This document shows, one piece after another, positions 49,166 through 57,477 of a stretch of 64,000 bases of DNA. A program made the translations under genes and the position numbers. How positions within the stretch are numbered: the first letter of the stretch is position 1; the number at the start of each line of letters is the position of its first letter. Source of the DNA: Escherichia coli (GTDB lineage: Bacteria > Pseudomonadota > Gammaproteobacteria > Enterobacterales > Enterobacteriaceae); NCBI RefSeq assembly GCF_011045215.1, contig NZ_CP049201.1. One strand, written 5' to 3'. The notes beneath the pieces were generated by a model that did no database searches, was not told the DNA's origin, and saw nothing but the letters and a program-made list of their open reading frames with translations.

Positions 49166-50754
49166 TGATGACAACAAACAGCTATCTTGAATATTTTCTG
49201 ACCCTGCTGGGCTGGCTGATTAATAACGGCCTGTGGGATGTGCTGCTGGGGACCGGGTTGTTTGCACTGCCGCTGGTATTTAAGGTGATTGGGATTTGGC
49301 TGCGGGTCAGGGAAGAAGGGGAGGATGAGGGGAATAAGGGACTTCTCTCGCTGCCCCGTATTGAACATGCACTGTACATGGGTTTTTTTGTGATTATCAG
49401 TTGCTGCGTGCCGCTGGTTAATGTCAGTCTGGGGACTATTGAGTATGACGGCAGTCGTGCAAAGCAGTGCGGAACATGGACGCCGAAGGCACCGGATAAG
49501 ACCGGGTATGCAGGTGTGATTTCCAGTATGGACGGTAAAACGGCGCAGATCCCGCTGTGGTGGCTGATGGTGCACAAACTTTCAAAAGGGGTGACTCAGG
49601 CCGCAGTGGCATCCATTCCCTGTACACCGGATATGCGACAGATGCGTTTTGAGGTTCAGCATACCCGGATCAACAATAAGGCACTGATTGAAGAGCTGCA
49701 GGATTTTACCAATGACTGCTACTCACTGGCGCTGTACAGCTGGAAGCACCAGGATCAGGGAATGACAACGGATAAAAATACGCTGCGGGATATTGAGTGG
49801 ATTGGCAGCAGGACATTTCAGTCGCGTTATTACAATGAACTGCAGTCGAAGATGCCGAGAAGTGCGTTTCCGTGGAATGCATCCCGTGACAGTGGACGCC
49901 CAAACACCGGTCGGGGTGGTTACCCGACCTGTAATGAGTGGTGGAGTGAGGCGGATGTCGGGCTGAAAAGTCGGGTGATGAAGCAGGCTGACCCCGGTAT
50001 GTGGCTGCGTCTGTCAGCAACAATGAAAATGATCGGGAATACAGGCAAGGAGTATGAAGAAGCGGTGATACGCCGTCTGGTCAGTCCGGTGAATATGACA
50101 GTGTCACATGGTGGCAGAGCCTATGCCGGTTATGGCGGGAATGCGGATTTGTCGCTGGATAATGCGGTGACCCGCGTGTTCTCAACGGGGGGCGTGGCGC
50201 TGGGGAGTCTGGCGGCGTTTCCGGCCCTGGATGCGATGCGACAGGCATTACCCATGGTACAGGGGATCCTGTTGATGGCTATTTACGTGATGTTACCGCT
50301 GATTCTGGCGTTTGCGGCGTACGAGATAAAGACGGTGATTACACTGACGTTTGTGATTTTTGCGACTAATTTCCTGACGTTCTGGTGGGAGCTGGCACGA
50401 TGGCTGGATTCATGGATGTTTACAGCGCTGTACAGTTCGGGAACACACAGCCGTTTCAATATGGCAGGGTTTCAGAATACCTCAGATGACCTGATTATGA
50501 ATCTGGTGATGGGCAGTATGTTCCTGATTCTGCCAGCGGTCTGGATGGGGGCATTATCTTGGGCCGGGGTGTATATTGGAGGAGCGATGACTCAAAGTAT
50601 GGGAGATGGCACCAGACAAGCTCAGGCATCAGGAGGCAGTGCTGTTAATATGTTGCAGGATGCTGGGTTGCGGGGGATGTCTGGGGGCACGTCAGCAGGC
50701 TCAACAGGCCAAACAGTAGGCTCGGTAGGTCAAAAATTGAATAAGCAAAAATAA
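49165..50754 (+). CDS. TraG-like (F-type TraG N-terminal domain) polytopic membrane protein
   Basis: 529 aa with multiple TM helices flanking a large periplasmic domain, Gly/Ser-rich C-terminus. Last conserved transfer gene before the cargo. Confidence 0.6.
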   Translation: MMTTNSYLEYFLTLLGWLINNGLWDVLLGTGLFALPLVFKVIGIWLRVREEGEDEGNKGLLSLPRIEHALYMGFFVIISCCVPLVNVSLGTIEYDGSRAKQCGTWTPKAPDKTGYAGVISSMDGKTAQIPLWWLMVHKLSKGVTQAAVASIPCTPDMRQMRFEVQHTRINNKALIEELQDFTNDCYSLALYSWKHQDQGMTTDKNTLRDIEWIGSRTFQSRYYNELQSKMPRSAFPWNASRDSGRPNTGRGGYPTCNEWWSEADVGLKSRVMKQADPGMWLRLSATMKMIGNTGKEYEEAVIRRLVSPVNMTVSHGGRAYAGYGGNADLSLDNAVTRVFSTGGVALGSLAAFPALDAMRQALPMVQGILLMAIYVMLPLILAFAAYEIKTVITLTFVIFATNFLTFWWELARWLDSWMFTALYSSGTHSRFNMAGFQNTSDDLIMNLVMGSMFLILPAVWMGALSWAGVYIGGAMTQSMGDGTRQAQASGGSAVNMLQDAGLRGMSGGTSAGSTGQTVGSVGQKLNKQK

Positions 50755-50778
50755 TTCCAGCGCGGTAAATATTAAATC

Positions 50779-50820
50779 AGGGGATTGAAGGATGCTCTGA
50801 AATCCCCGATTTTATGTTTT
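50779..50820. terminator. bidirectional rho-independent terminator at the transfer-cluster/cargo boundary
   Basis: GGGGATTgaaggatgctctgaAATCCCC followed by a T-rich tract; sits between convergent genes. Confidence 0.6.
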
Positions 50821-50823
50821 TAA

Positions 50824-51231
50824 TTAATTTCCATCGCGCTCCCATTGTTCTCTCCATATAGGACGCTCCCATTCTTCTCTCCATATAGGACGCTTCCATT
50901 GTTCTCCTTCGTACTCAAAATTCAAGTCATGCCTCTTTTCAAGACTATCACATTGTGTATTAAATCCGGCACCAACACATCGAAGAATGTATGCAACAGC
51001 CCATGTAAACGCCAGACACCCGAGAACTGCCGTGATACTGAAGAGTGCACAAACCACAATTCCGGTTAATCCAATAGCCAGCGGAAGCCGTCCAGTCCAG
51101 GCTGGCAGATGCCTTTTTCTGGCCGCATGAATCCAGAAGTTGTCCCACCGACGAAGCGTTCTTACGAGTCGTTTCCACTGAATGGCAAACCGTTGTCCTC
51201 TGAGATAAGCGGCTTTGTTAGTCGTTTTCAT
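50824..51231 (-). CDS. membrane protein with C-terminal tandem WKRPIWRE-type repeats
   Basis: Two TM helices; the C-terminus contains EGEQWKRPIWREEWERPIWREQWERDGN, mirrored at DNA level by repeats at 50830-50900. Confidence 0.4.
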   Translation of the reverse strand: MKTTNKAAYLRGQRFAIQWKRLVRTLRRWDNFWIHAARKRHLPAWTGRLPLAIGLTGIVVCALFSITAVLGCLAFTWAVAYILRCVGAGFNTQCDSLEKRHDLNFEYEGEQWKRPIWREEWERPIWREQWERDGN

Positions 51232-51357
51232 AAGAAAAACTCCTAATTTTCAGTCCTATGTAATGAATTTAATGTTCAAACTATAAGCCATTTTTGTATA
51301 AATATAGGTGAAAAACCATACAGAATCTACCGATAAATGTCTCAAAAGGAGGTGTAA

Positions 51358-51921
51358 ATGTTGAGTAAAAAATTGTTATTGGTTTGTGTTTCATGCCTGG
51401 CGTTAACTGCCTGTTCTGTTGATGAAATTGCTTCGGTTAACAAGCAAATTAGTGATGGTGCTTTTGCTTTAACGGGGGCATTGCGTGGAAACTCATCGTC
51501 TGCGGATTCAAATGGAATGCCGGTTTTAAGTCAGGCGCAAAAACCGGCGACAAAATCCAGAACGCAGGAATATTCAGTACCCGTTGATGTTGATACAGCT
51601 GCTGCTCGCCTTAAACGTTATTACGAGTTTATATCTTTCGATGAAATTGAAGCTATCCGCAAAAAAAACACCAGTGGGGAATGGGCGGCATCAGCAATAC
51701 TTGAACAGAACCCTGTATGGGAGGTTATGCCCGGTAGTTATTATAAAATGGGTCAAAACTGGGACGATTATGATCATCTGACTATTGAAGTGGAAAAGAA
51801 TGGGGCGGGAAGTAAATTATATATTACGTTTAAATCGCCATCGGATAAAAGACTGAATAGTGAAAGTCTCAGGAAACTGATGTTGAATATTAAAGATGTT
51901 GCTGAAGGGAAAATTCGTTAA
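51358..51921 (+). CDS. AT-rich cargo lipoprotein (187 aa)
   Basis: Perfect AAGGAGG RBS; lipobox LALTAC; promoter-like TTCAAA-16-TATAAA upstream. Confidence 0.6.
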   Translation: MLSKKLLLVCVSCLALTACSVDEIASVNKQISDGAFALTGALRGNSSSADSNGMPVLSQAQKPATKSRTQEYSVPVDVDTAAARLKRYYEFISFDEIEAIRKKNTSGEWAASAILEQNPVWEVMPGSYYKMGQNWDDYDHLTIEVEKNGAGSKLYITFKSPSDKRLNSESLRKLMLNIKDVAEGKIR

Positions 51922-51941
51922 TTGATGATGAGATCGTGTTT

Positions 51942-52070
51942 ATGTTAAAGAAAATTGTGCTCGGATTGTTAATTGTTGCGCTGGTCGCTTTTTCTTTTGA
52001 TTTTGGTCGGCGGTGGGAGCTGTCTAAAACAGCAGAATATTGTTCTTCAATTGGCAAAAAAAATATCTGA
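51942..52070 (+). CDS. possible small membrane peptide (42 aa)
   Basis: Short ORF (MLKKIVLGLLIVALVAFSFDFGRRWELSKTAEYCSSIGKKNI) between the lipoprotein and DUF2726-like genes; weak RBS. Confidence 0.25.
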   Translation: MLKKIVLGLLIVALVAFSFDFGRRWELSKTAEYCSSIGKKNI

Positions 52071-52127
52071 TGCTGGTCCCGCATATTGCGTCGAAAAGTA
52101 ATCTGTAAATGGAGATGGTTTGATTTT

Positions 52128-52772
52128 ATGGACTATATTGTTATTTTCGTAGTAGGTTTTTTTATCGGTCTTGTATATGGTAGCGGTAAAAAATATGTAA
52201 AAGATAAACATGTGAGTTATTACCGTGAAAATCGTAATAACGATTTCCAGAAAGCAAATAGTAATATTGAAAAATATGAAAGAGATAATAAGGTATACAG
52301 AAATCCCCGCTGGGAGGGAAAAGATGAAATATTCTGGGGGATGATGAATTCGCAAATTTGCCTTGAAAGAAAACGTGGGCCATATTTATGCACTGATCCT
52401 GAAAATAAGTATTTGTTGAAATTAACTGAGTGGTTTGGTGACATTTGTTACATAAATTGTCAGGTGTCTTTAGGGCAATTGGTTGATTTTAAGGCTAAAA
52501 ATAATAAGCAATTTACTGAGGAGGAAAGAAGGCGGTTTTTTAGTATCTATGCTTCGATGGCAATGGATTATGTACTTGTGTACAAAAAAACAAAAAGAAT
52601 TGTTTGTGTCATAGAGCTTAATGATGGTTCACATAATAAAGAGGAACGAATCGAACGAGACAGAAAAGTTGCTGAGTTATTGAAACGTTGCGATATTTCA
52701 TTTCTCCCGGTGTCTATTGATAAAATGGATATTAAACCCGACATATGGAAAGACAGGGGAAATAGAGAATAA
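52128..52772 (+). CDS. membrane-anchored DUF2726-like nuclease-fold protein
   Basis: GGAG RBS; N-terminal TM helix; C-terminal motif MDYVLVYKKTKRIVCVIELNDGSHNKEERIERDRKVAELLKRCDISFLPV, matching the D..(I/V)E.DG.H...D..R pattern of DUF2726/DUF559-type endonuclease folds (recalled). Confidence 0.55.
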   Translation: MDYIVIFVVGFFIGLVYGSGKKYVKDKHVSYYRENRNNDFQKANSNIEKYERDNKVYRNPRWEGKDEIFWGMMNSQICLERKRGPYLCTDPENKYLLKLTEWFGDICYINCQVSLGQLVDFKAKNNKQFTEEERRRFFSIYASMAMDYVLVYKKTKRIVCVIELNDGSHNKEERIERDRKVAELLKRCDISFLPVSIDKMDIKPDIWKDRGNRE

Positions 52773-52914
52773 ATAATTAATTTGTATCTACAGAATATTA
52801 ATGCTCAGGCTGGTTAACCCCGGCCTTTTTATTTTATATACAGACGTTCCTGTGAGACTATTGACATATAAAAGCCCGTCTTGCTAATCTTTTCCCGCTT
52901 TAATGTCGCTGTAT

Positions 52915-53101
52915 GCGACCATCCAAATCCCCAGTAGTCTGAGAGGGGAGCCTTCGGGCGGCTACCAGCCAATGCTTTAACGATCTGAGAGAAGCGCCTT
53001 CGGGTGATCGTAATGTTCTCGTAGCCTGGAAGAGAACGCCTTACGTGGCGGTACATCCGTTTAACCTCTGGGAACGGATATCACGGAACCGTGATTGAGG
53101 T
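52915..53101 (+). ncRNA. structured repeat element R2 (homolog of R1 and R3)
   Basis: Same unit architecture as R1 with compensatory stem substitutions (TCCCC/GGGGA in place of GTTTC/GAAAC; ACGATC/GATCGT in place of GCAGTC/GACTGC) and the conserved 3' domain GGTACATCCGTTTAACCTCTGGGAACGGATATCACGGAACCGTGATTGAGGTC. Confidence 0.45.
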
Positions 53102-53763
53102 CGTGCTGGCCTGAGGCCAGTTGTTCTATGCAGGCATCCTGCAGATGCCATGATTCTTTACTTACAGGCTTATCACGCCTGCATATCAATACGTTAAGTC
53201 TTTCAGAGACATGTCTGAACGAACTGACGTCTTTAATCTGTTCGGGCATTCGCCCCGGGCTTCTTACGACTGTACGCACTGCATAAGGCCATCTGAAATC
53301 TGGCCGCTTGCGTGCGTATGTGGAGTTTGAAGCTGCGCGGCGTCACTTTTGTCGGCGTGTAACGATGACAAAGTGACGCATGCGCGTCTGCTTTACGAAC
53401 CCGCACAAACCGTCGCGTCACGGGATGTTTTTTAACATTTGAAGAAGTGACCAGACGTGAGAGTGTTTTTTCAACCTTCTCTGCAAACGTACAGACGATA
53501 CCGTGAATAACGTTCATCGACCGTTCTTCTTGCAGAATTTTATTGTTTTTTAAGGAGTTTTATGTAGTGAGATGCCGAACCGGCGATACCACTTATTAGG
53601 GGTGGTATCGGGGGCGACCTGGAAACAGGTACAGCGAATGCTGCAGTCGGTGTGCAACACCGGTTTGTTACCCCTCAATACCTAAACAGTCTGCGCTACC
53701 CTGGCGCTCAGGCACTCATTACCCGAAGGATCGCAACGCTTAACCGTGTCGCCAGGGAGAATG

Positions 53764-53812
53764 CAGATGAATTTTGCTGTTGTGTTCACGGCACAACAGC
53801 AAAATTCATCTG
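53764..53812. promoter_or_regulatory. perfect 21-7-21 palindrome upstream of the recombinase gene (candidate operator or recombination site)
   Basis: CAGATGAATTTTGCTGTTGTG-ttcacgg-CACAACAGCAAAATTCATCTG, followed directly by the 14-bp palindrome GCTGTACGTACAGC at 53812-53825, 25 bp upstream of the GAGGAGG RBS. Confidence 0.5.
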
Positions 53813-53850
53813 CTGTACGTACAGCTGTTTAAGACAAAGAGGAGGTATCT

Positions 53851-54753
53851 GTGTCCAGACGTGAAAAATTACTGAAACAGGATTTGGTTGCTCATATCCG
53901 GAAAGACCGGGGGAGTTTCAAGAAGCTGAGTGACTATTCCCGGATCATGCACCGGTTTGCGGAAAGACTGGCTAAACTGAATATACAGATCAGTTCTGCT
54001 GCGCAGGTAAAAGTGCGGCATATTGAATTATATATGAACAGCAGGAGTGATGTTTCAAAGCGAACCAGAGAAAATGAAATGTCTGCAATACGGGTTATGT
54101 TACGTCAGGCCGGTAAACATAAAATGGCAGATCCTGAACATCCCCGTCTCAGCAATAAGGCGTTAGGTATTTCAGGAGGAAGCCGTAAAGGGACAAAGAA
54201 ATTAATTACGGATGAGCGTTTCCGGGAAATTCTTCAGCGCGTGGAAGCAAAAGATAAAGGGGTGGCAGCTGTTGTTAAACTGTCACGTTATCTCGGTCTG
54301 AGAAATGAAGAAGCTGTCCAGTCGGCCAAATCGTTACGGACGTGGAAAAAAGCGTTACAACGGGGAGATGAAAAAATAAGGGTGATTTTTGGTACGAAAG
54401 GGGGACGGGAAAGAATGACGACGGTTGTTGACCGGGATAAAGTTCTTGATGCTGTTAATTACGCACTCAAATATGCCAGTGAGCATAATGAACGTCTGAT
54501 AGACAGAGATAATCTTAAGTCGGCAATGGATTATTATCTTAATACGTTACGACGTTATGGAGAACTGAAAGGCGGAGATGAAACCGCACACAGTTTTCGG
54601 TACAGTTACGCCGCAAGTGCCATGAAATATCATATTATGAATGGTTACAGTTATAAGGAGGCACTTGCACTGACATCAATTGATCTTGGTCATGGTGATG
54701 GCAGAGGTCGATATATTGAACAGGTTTATTGTCAGTTATTAGGCTATGAGTAA
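53851..54753 (+). CDS. tyrosine site-specific recombinase (phage-integrase/Xer-like catalytic domain)
   Basis: GTG start with GAGGAGG RBS. Catalytic-domain boxes: LSRYLGLRNEEAVQ (box I Arg), HSFRYSYAASAM (H-x-x-R), GHGDGRGRYIEQVY (catalytic Tyr). Confidence 0.65.
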   Translation: MSRREKLLKQDLVAHIRKDRGSFKKLSDYSRIMHRFAERLAKLNIQISSAAQVKVRHIELYMNSRSDVSKRTRENEMSAIRVMLRQAGKHKMADPEHPRLSNKALGISGGSRKGTKKLITDERFREILQRVEAKDKGVAAVVKLSRYLGLRNEEAVQSAKSLRTWKKALQRGDEKIRVIFGTKGGRERMTTVVDRDKVLDAVNYALKYASEHNERLIDRDNLKSAMDYYLNTLRRYGELKGGDETAHSFRYSYAASAMKYHIMNGYSYKEALALTSIDLGHGDGRGRYIEQVYCQLLGYE

Positions 54754-54785
54754 TAATTTATATCGATTTTGTGTGGGTAAATATC

Positions 54786-55109
54786 ATGGATTGTACTATT
54801 TTAATGAAAATAATCTCTGTAAAGGAGATTACAAAAGATTCGCCTTTGTGGTCACACTACCTGGTGCGATATATTGATTCCGGATATCAGGCTGAGTTTG
54901 AATGTGAAGGAACAGCAGATAAATGGGGCATCTATGATGAATGGGACATCTGTGAGTCGATTGCGGATTATTTTGACGTGGTGGGAGATTTTGACTGTGA
55001 TGTCAGACGGACGGGAAGAATAATACTGATGAAAGGTACCTGTGTTTTTCCTCCAGGAGAACCGGTTAAGGGAACACATAATATTCCTTTTTGGATCGAT
55101 GTTGAATAG
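54786..55109 (+). CDS. small strongly acidic protein (107 aa); candidate DNA-mimic or anti-restriction-like protein
   Basis: Very high Asp/Glu content (for example DEWDICESIADYFDVVGDFDCD); AT-rich codon usage. Confidence 0.4.
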   Translation: MDCTILMKIISVKEITKDSPLWSHYLVRYIDSGYQAEFECEGTADKWGIYDEWDICESIADYFDVVGDFDCDVRRTGRIILMKGTCVFPPGEPVKGTHNIPFWIDVE

Positions 55110-55157
55110 CTTGACATCCATCTTTTGTGCCTTAAAAATATACAGGCTAACTTTGTT

Positions 55158-55414
55158 ACCTTCGGGTGACCATCCAATGTTTCGGTAGTCTGAGAGAAAC
55201 GCCTTCGGGTGACTACAGTTATCTTCGGATAACCATCCAAATCCCCGGTAGTCTGAGAGGGGAGCCTTCGGGCGACTACCAGCCAATGCTTTGACGATCT
55301 GAGAAAAGCGCCTTCGGGTGATCGTAATGTCTCCGTAGCCTGAAAGGGGACGCCTTAGAGGGTGGTACATCCGTTTAACCTCTGGAAACGGATATCACGG
55401 AACAGTGATCGAGG
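55158..55414 (+). ncRNA. structured repeat element R3 (three units plus terminal domain)
   Basis: Largest copy: a partial unit, then GTAGTC/GACTAC, GGTAGTC/GACTACC and ACGATC/GATCGT units, and the conserved 3' domain ending ..GATCGAGGTC followed by TTTTAT. Confidence 0.45.
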
Positions 55415-55488
55415 TCTTTTATACTTAACCCGTGCGGGAGATACATTCCCGTATGGTGATTGTATCTCCGGTTTTACTGTGGAGGTAC

Positions 55489-55839
55489 ATGATGCCGTTA
55501 TCTTCTTTTGTTCAGGAGTTGCTGGCTCCCTGGTATTCTTTTCGTTCTGTCTGTTGGCGCATTTTTGTGGCTTTTCCGCAACTGCGGGCAACTGTATTGC
55601 GTACCCGCTGGTATCTGTCGTTGACAGGACAACGAGAATATTGCCCCAATGTCTGGTTTGATGGCAGTGTGTACCATTGTGCTGTGTTGGTGCGGGAGTG
55701 TCATGATGCCCGTAAATCAGTACCAAAGGTGCAGTACTATATCCCTGGATACTTTTCTTCATATCGTTCAGCATACCGGACAGCCAGGAGAACGGCGATT
55801 GCGCTGGCGACGATAAAAGTGTCGTGCAGGGCTGTCTGA
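55489..55839 (+). CDS. hypothetical basic protein (116 aa)
   Basis: GGAGG RBS; first gene downstream of R3. Confidence 0.4.
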   Translation: MMPLSSFVQELLAPWYSFRSVCWRIFVAFPQLRATVLRTRWYLSLTGQREYCPNVWFDGSVYHCAVLVRECHDARKSVPKVQYYIPGYFSSYRSAYRTARRTAIALATIKVSCRAV

Positions 55840-55948
55840 TTCATTATTACCGAACCGGAGCATCAGCGTTGTTGTGATGCCTCCATCCCCTGACGGGTGT
55901 TTTTGTCCGTCGGGGCGAAGACTCCCGTTTCTTTTTACAGGAGTCTTT

Positions 55949-56323
55949 ATGTCAACGTTTATTTTGTGCCCTGAACCGGGCATCTCTTCTTTTTTCCGGC
56001 GAATGACGGCTCAGTTGCGGGTGTTTTTTTCACGCAATAACCTGTCATATTACAGTCGCTGGTACACCAATCCGGCCGGCAATCTGAGTGTGCGGGTCTG
56101 TATGTTTCGTCGTGGCGGTGTCTGGACACCCTGTCTGTATTACCGGCAGGGAATGCACCGCAACGCGTACACAGGCTGGTATCAGCCGTTACCGCGTGAG
56201 GTCATTTGTCTGAACCGGTTTACCGGGCGGATATCCCGTCGCAGGACCTGGCATGCTGCCTGCCGTATGGCGGAACAACTGACCACCCTGCGTTACCGGT
56301 TTGGTCTGCAGGCTGATGGATGA
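55949..56323 (+). CDS. hypothetical protein (124 aa), Arg/Tyr-rich
   Basis: AGGAG RBS. Confidence 0.4.
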   Translation: MSTFILCPEPGISSFFRRMTAQLRVFFSRNNLSYYSRWYTNPAGNLSVRVCMFRRGGVWTPCLYYRQGMHRNAYTGWYQPLPREVICLNRFTGRISRRRTWHAACRMAEQLTTLRYRFGLQADG

Positions 56324-56427
56324 AAGCGTCGTACAGCCCTGCTGATTTATCATTTATTACCCTGTCGGGAACACGCTTCCCGCAGGGGAGATGTGTTCCC
56401 GTGATTTTTTGTCTCTGAGGTGAACAC

Positions 56428-56907
56428 ATGAATAGTCTGTTAATACTCCTTTACGTTGTTGTATGGCGTGTCTGCACCATTCTTCGGGTAATCACACCAG
56501 TGTCGGCTGTCCGTGCGTGGTGTGAGTATCAACTGGAAGGTATGACGATACTTCGTGATGCGTACAGCTCGCTGGCAAAGGCGGCTGGAATGCAGAATGA
56601 AGCATTTGAATATCTTAAAGGTATTGCACGTCATCTGGGCTACGAAAGCGGTGGTGACCAGCTGAAATCAGGACTTTTCCGGCCGTTTCTGTGGCATATA
56701 CGTGCGAAAGGCCACAGGCTGGGGGCTGTCATGGAGATGGAGGTATGGAAGACATGGAAGAACGGCTGTAACGATGTCTGCAATCCATGGAAGGATATCT
56801 ACAATCCATGGGAGCGTGGATGGAACGATGGCTGGACTGAATGTCTGAATCAACGTGTAGCCGGCATCCTGAAGCAGGCCTGTGTTGACTTTTCCGACGC
56901 AGACTGA
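56428..56907 (+). CDS. hypothetical protein (159 aa) with N-terminal hydrophobic segment and Trp-rich C-terminus
   Basis: GAGGTG RBS; repeated NPW motifs (CNPWKDIYNPWERGWNDGW). Confidence 0.4.
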   Translation: MNSLLILLYVVVWRVCTILRVITPVSAVRAWCEYQLEGMTILRDAYSSLAKAAGMQNEAFEYLKGIARHLGYESGGDQLKSGLFRPFLWHIRAKGHRLGAVMEMEVWKTWKNGCNDVCNPWKDIYNPWERGWNDGWTECLNQRVAGILKQACVDFSDAD

Positions 56908-57012
56908 AGGGTTTTTCTTTTACTTACTGCACCGTGTGTCTGCGCCGGTGCTTTCCCTGGCGGGAGTTTTGTTCCGTCAGGGACAGGACTTCCTGAACAG
57001 ACGGAGGTCATT

Positions 57013-57390
57013 ATGTATTCACCCTTACTTGTTCATTATTCAGCACTGCAGACGCAGTCTGCTCTGCTGGCGCATATCAGCCAGCTGGAAGGTGAGCTGA
57101 TGCGGTTACGCGCCTGGCAACGGCTGGGGATTACTCCGGAGCCGGATGATGAGACGGAGCCTTCACTGGTATACGTGCAACTGTGGGATACCGGTGAGGC
57201 GCTGGGCTGGCTGCTGTATGACCTGGAGCAGGAGAACATTCCTGCTCCGGGAGTTCAGGCCCGTCAGGCGCTTGACAGTCTGATGGCGCTGGGGCGTGAA
57301 ATTAATCATGAAATCTGGACTGACAGTATCAGTACCGGAAAGCTGACGGCCGGGGCGGATGCCTGTTTTGCCCGCCACGACATGATGTAG
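57013..57390 (+). CDS. hypothetical acidic protein (125 aa)
   Basis: GGAGG RBS. Confidence 0.4.
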   Translation: MYSPLLVHYSALQTQSALLAHISQLEGELMRLRAWQRLGITPEPDDETEPSLVYVQLWDTGEALGWLLYDLEQENIPAPGVQARQALDSLMALGREINHEIWTDSISTGKLTAGADACFARHDMM

Positions 57391-57477
57391 TTAATAACCT
57401 GACCCTGACGGGGCGTGCTCTCCGTCAGGAAGGCATTCCCCGTAGTTTATTTTTAATCTGACCATGAGGAATGTTCC

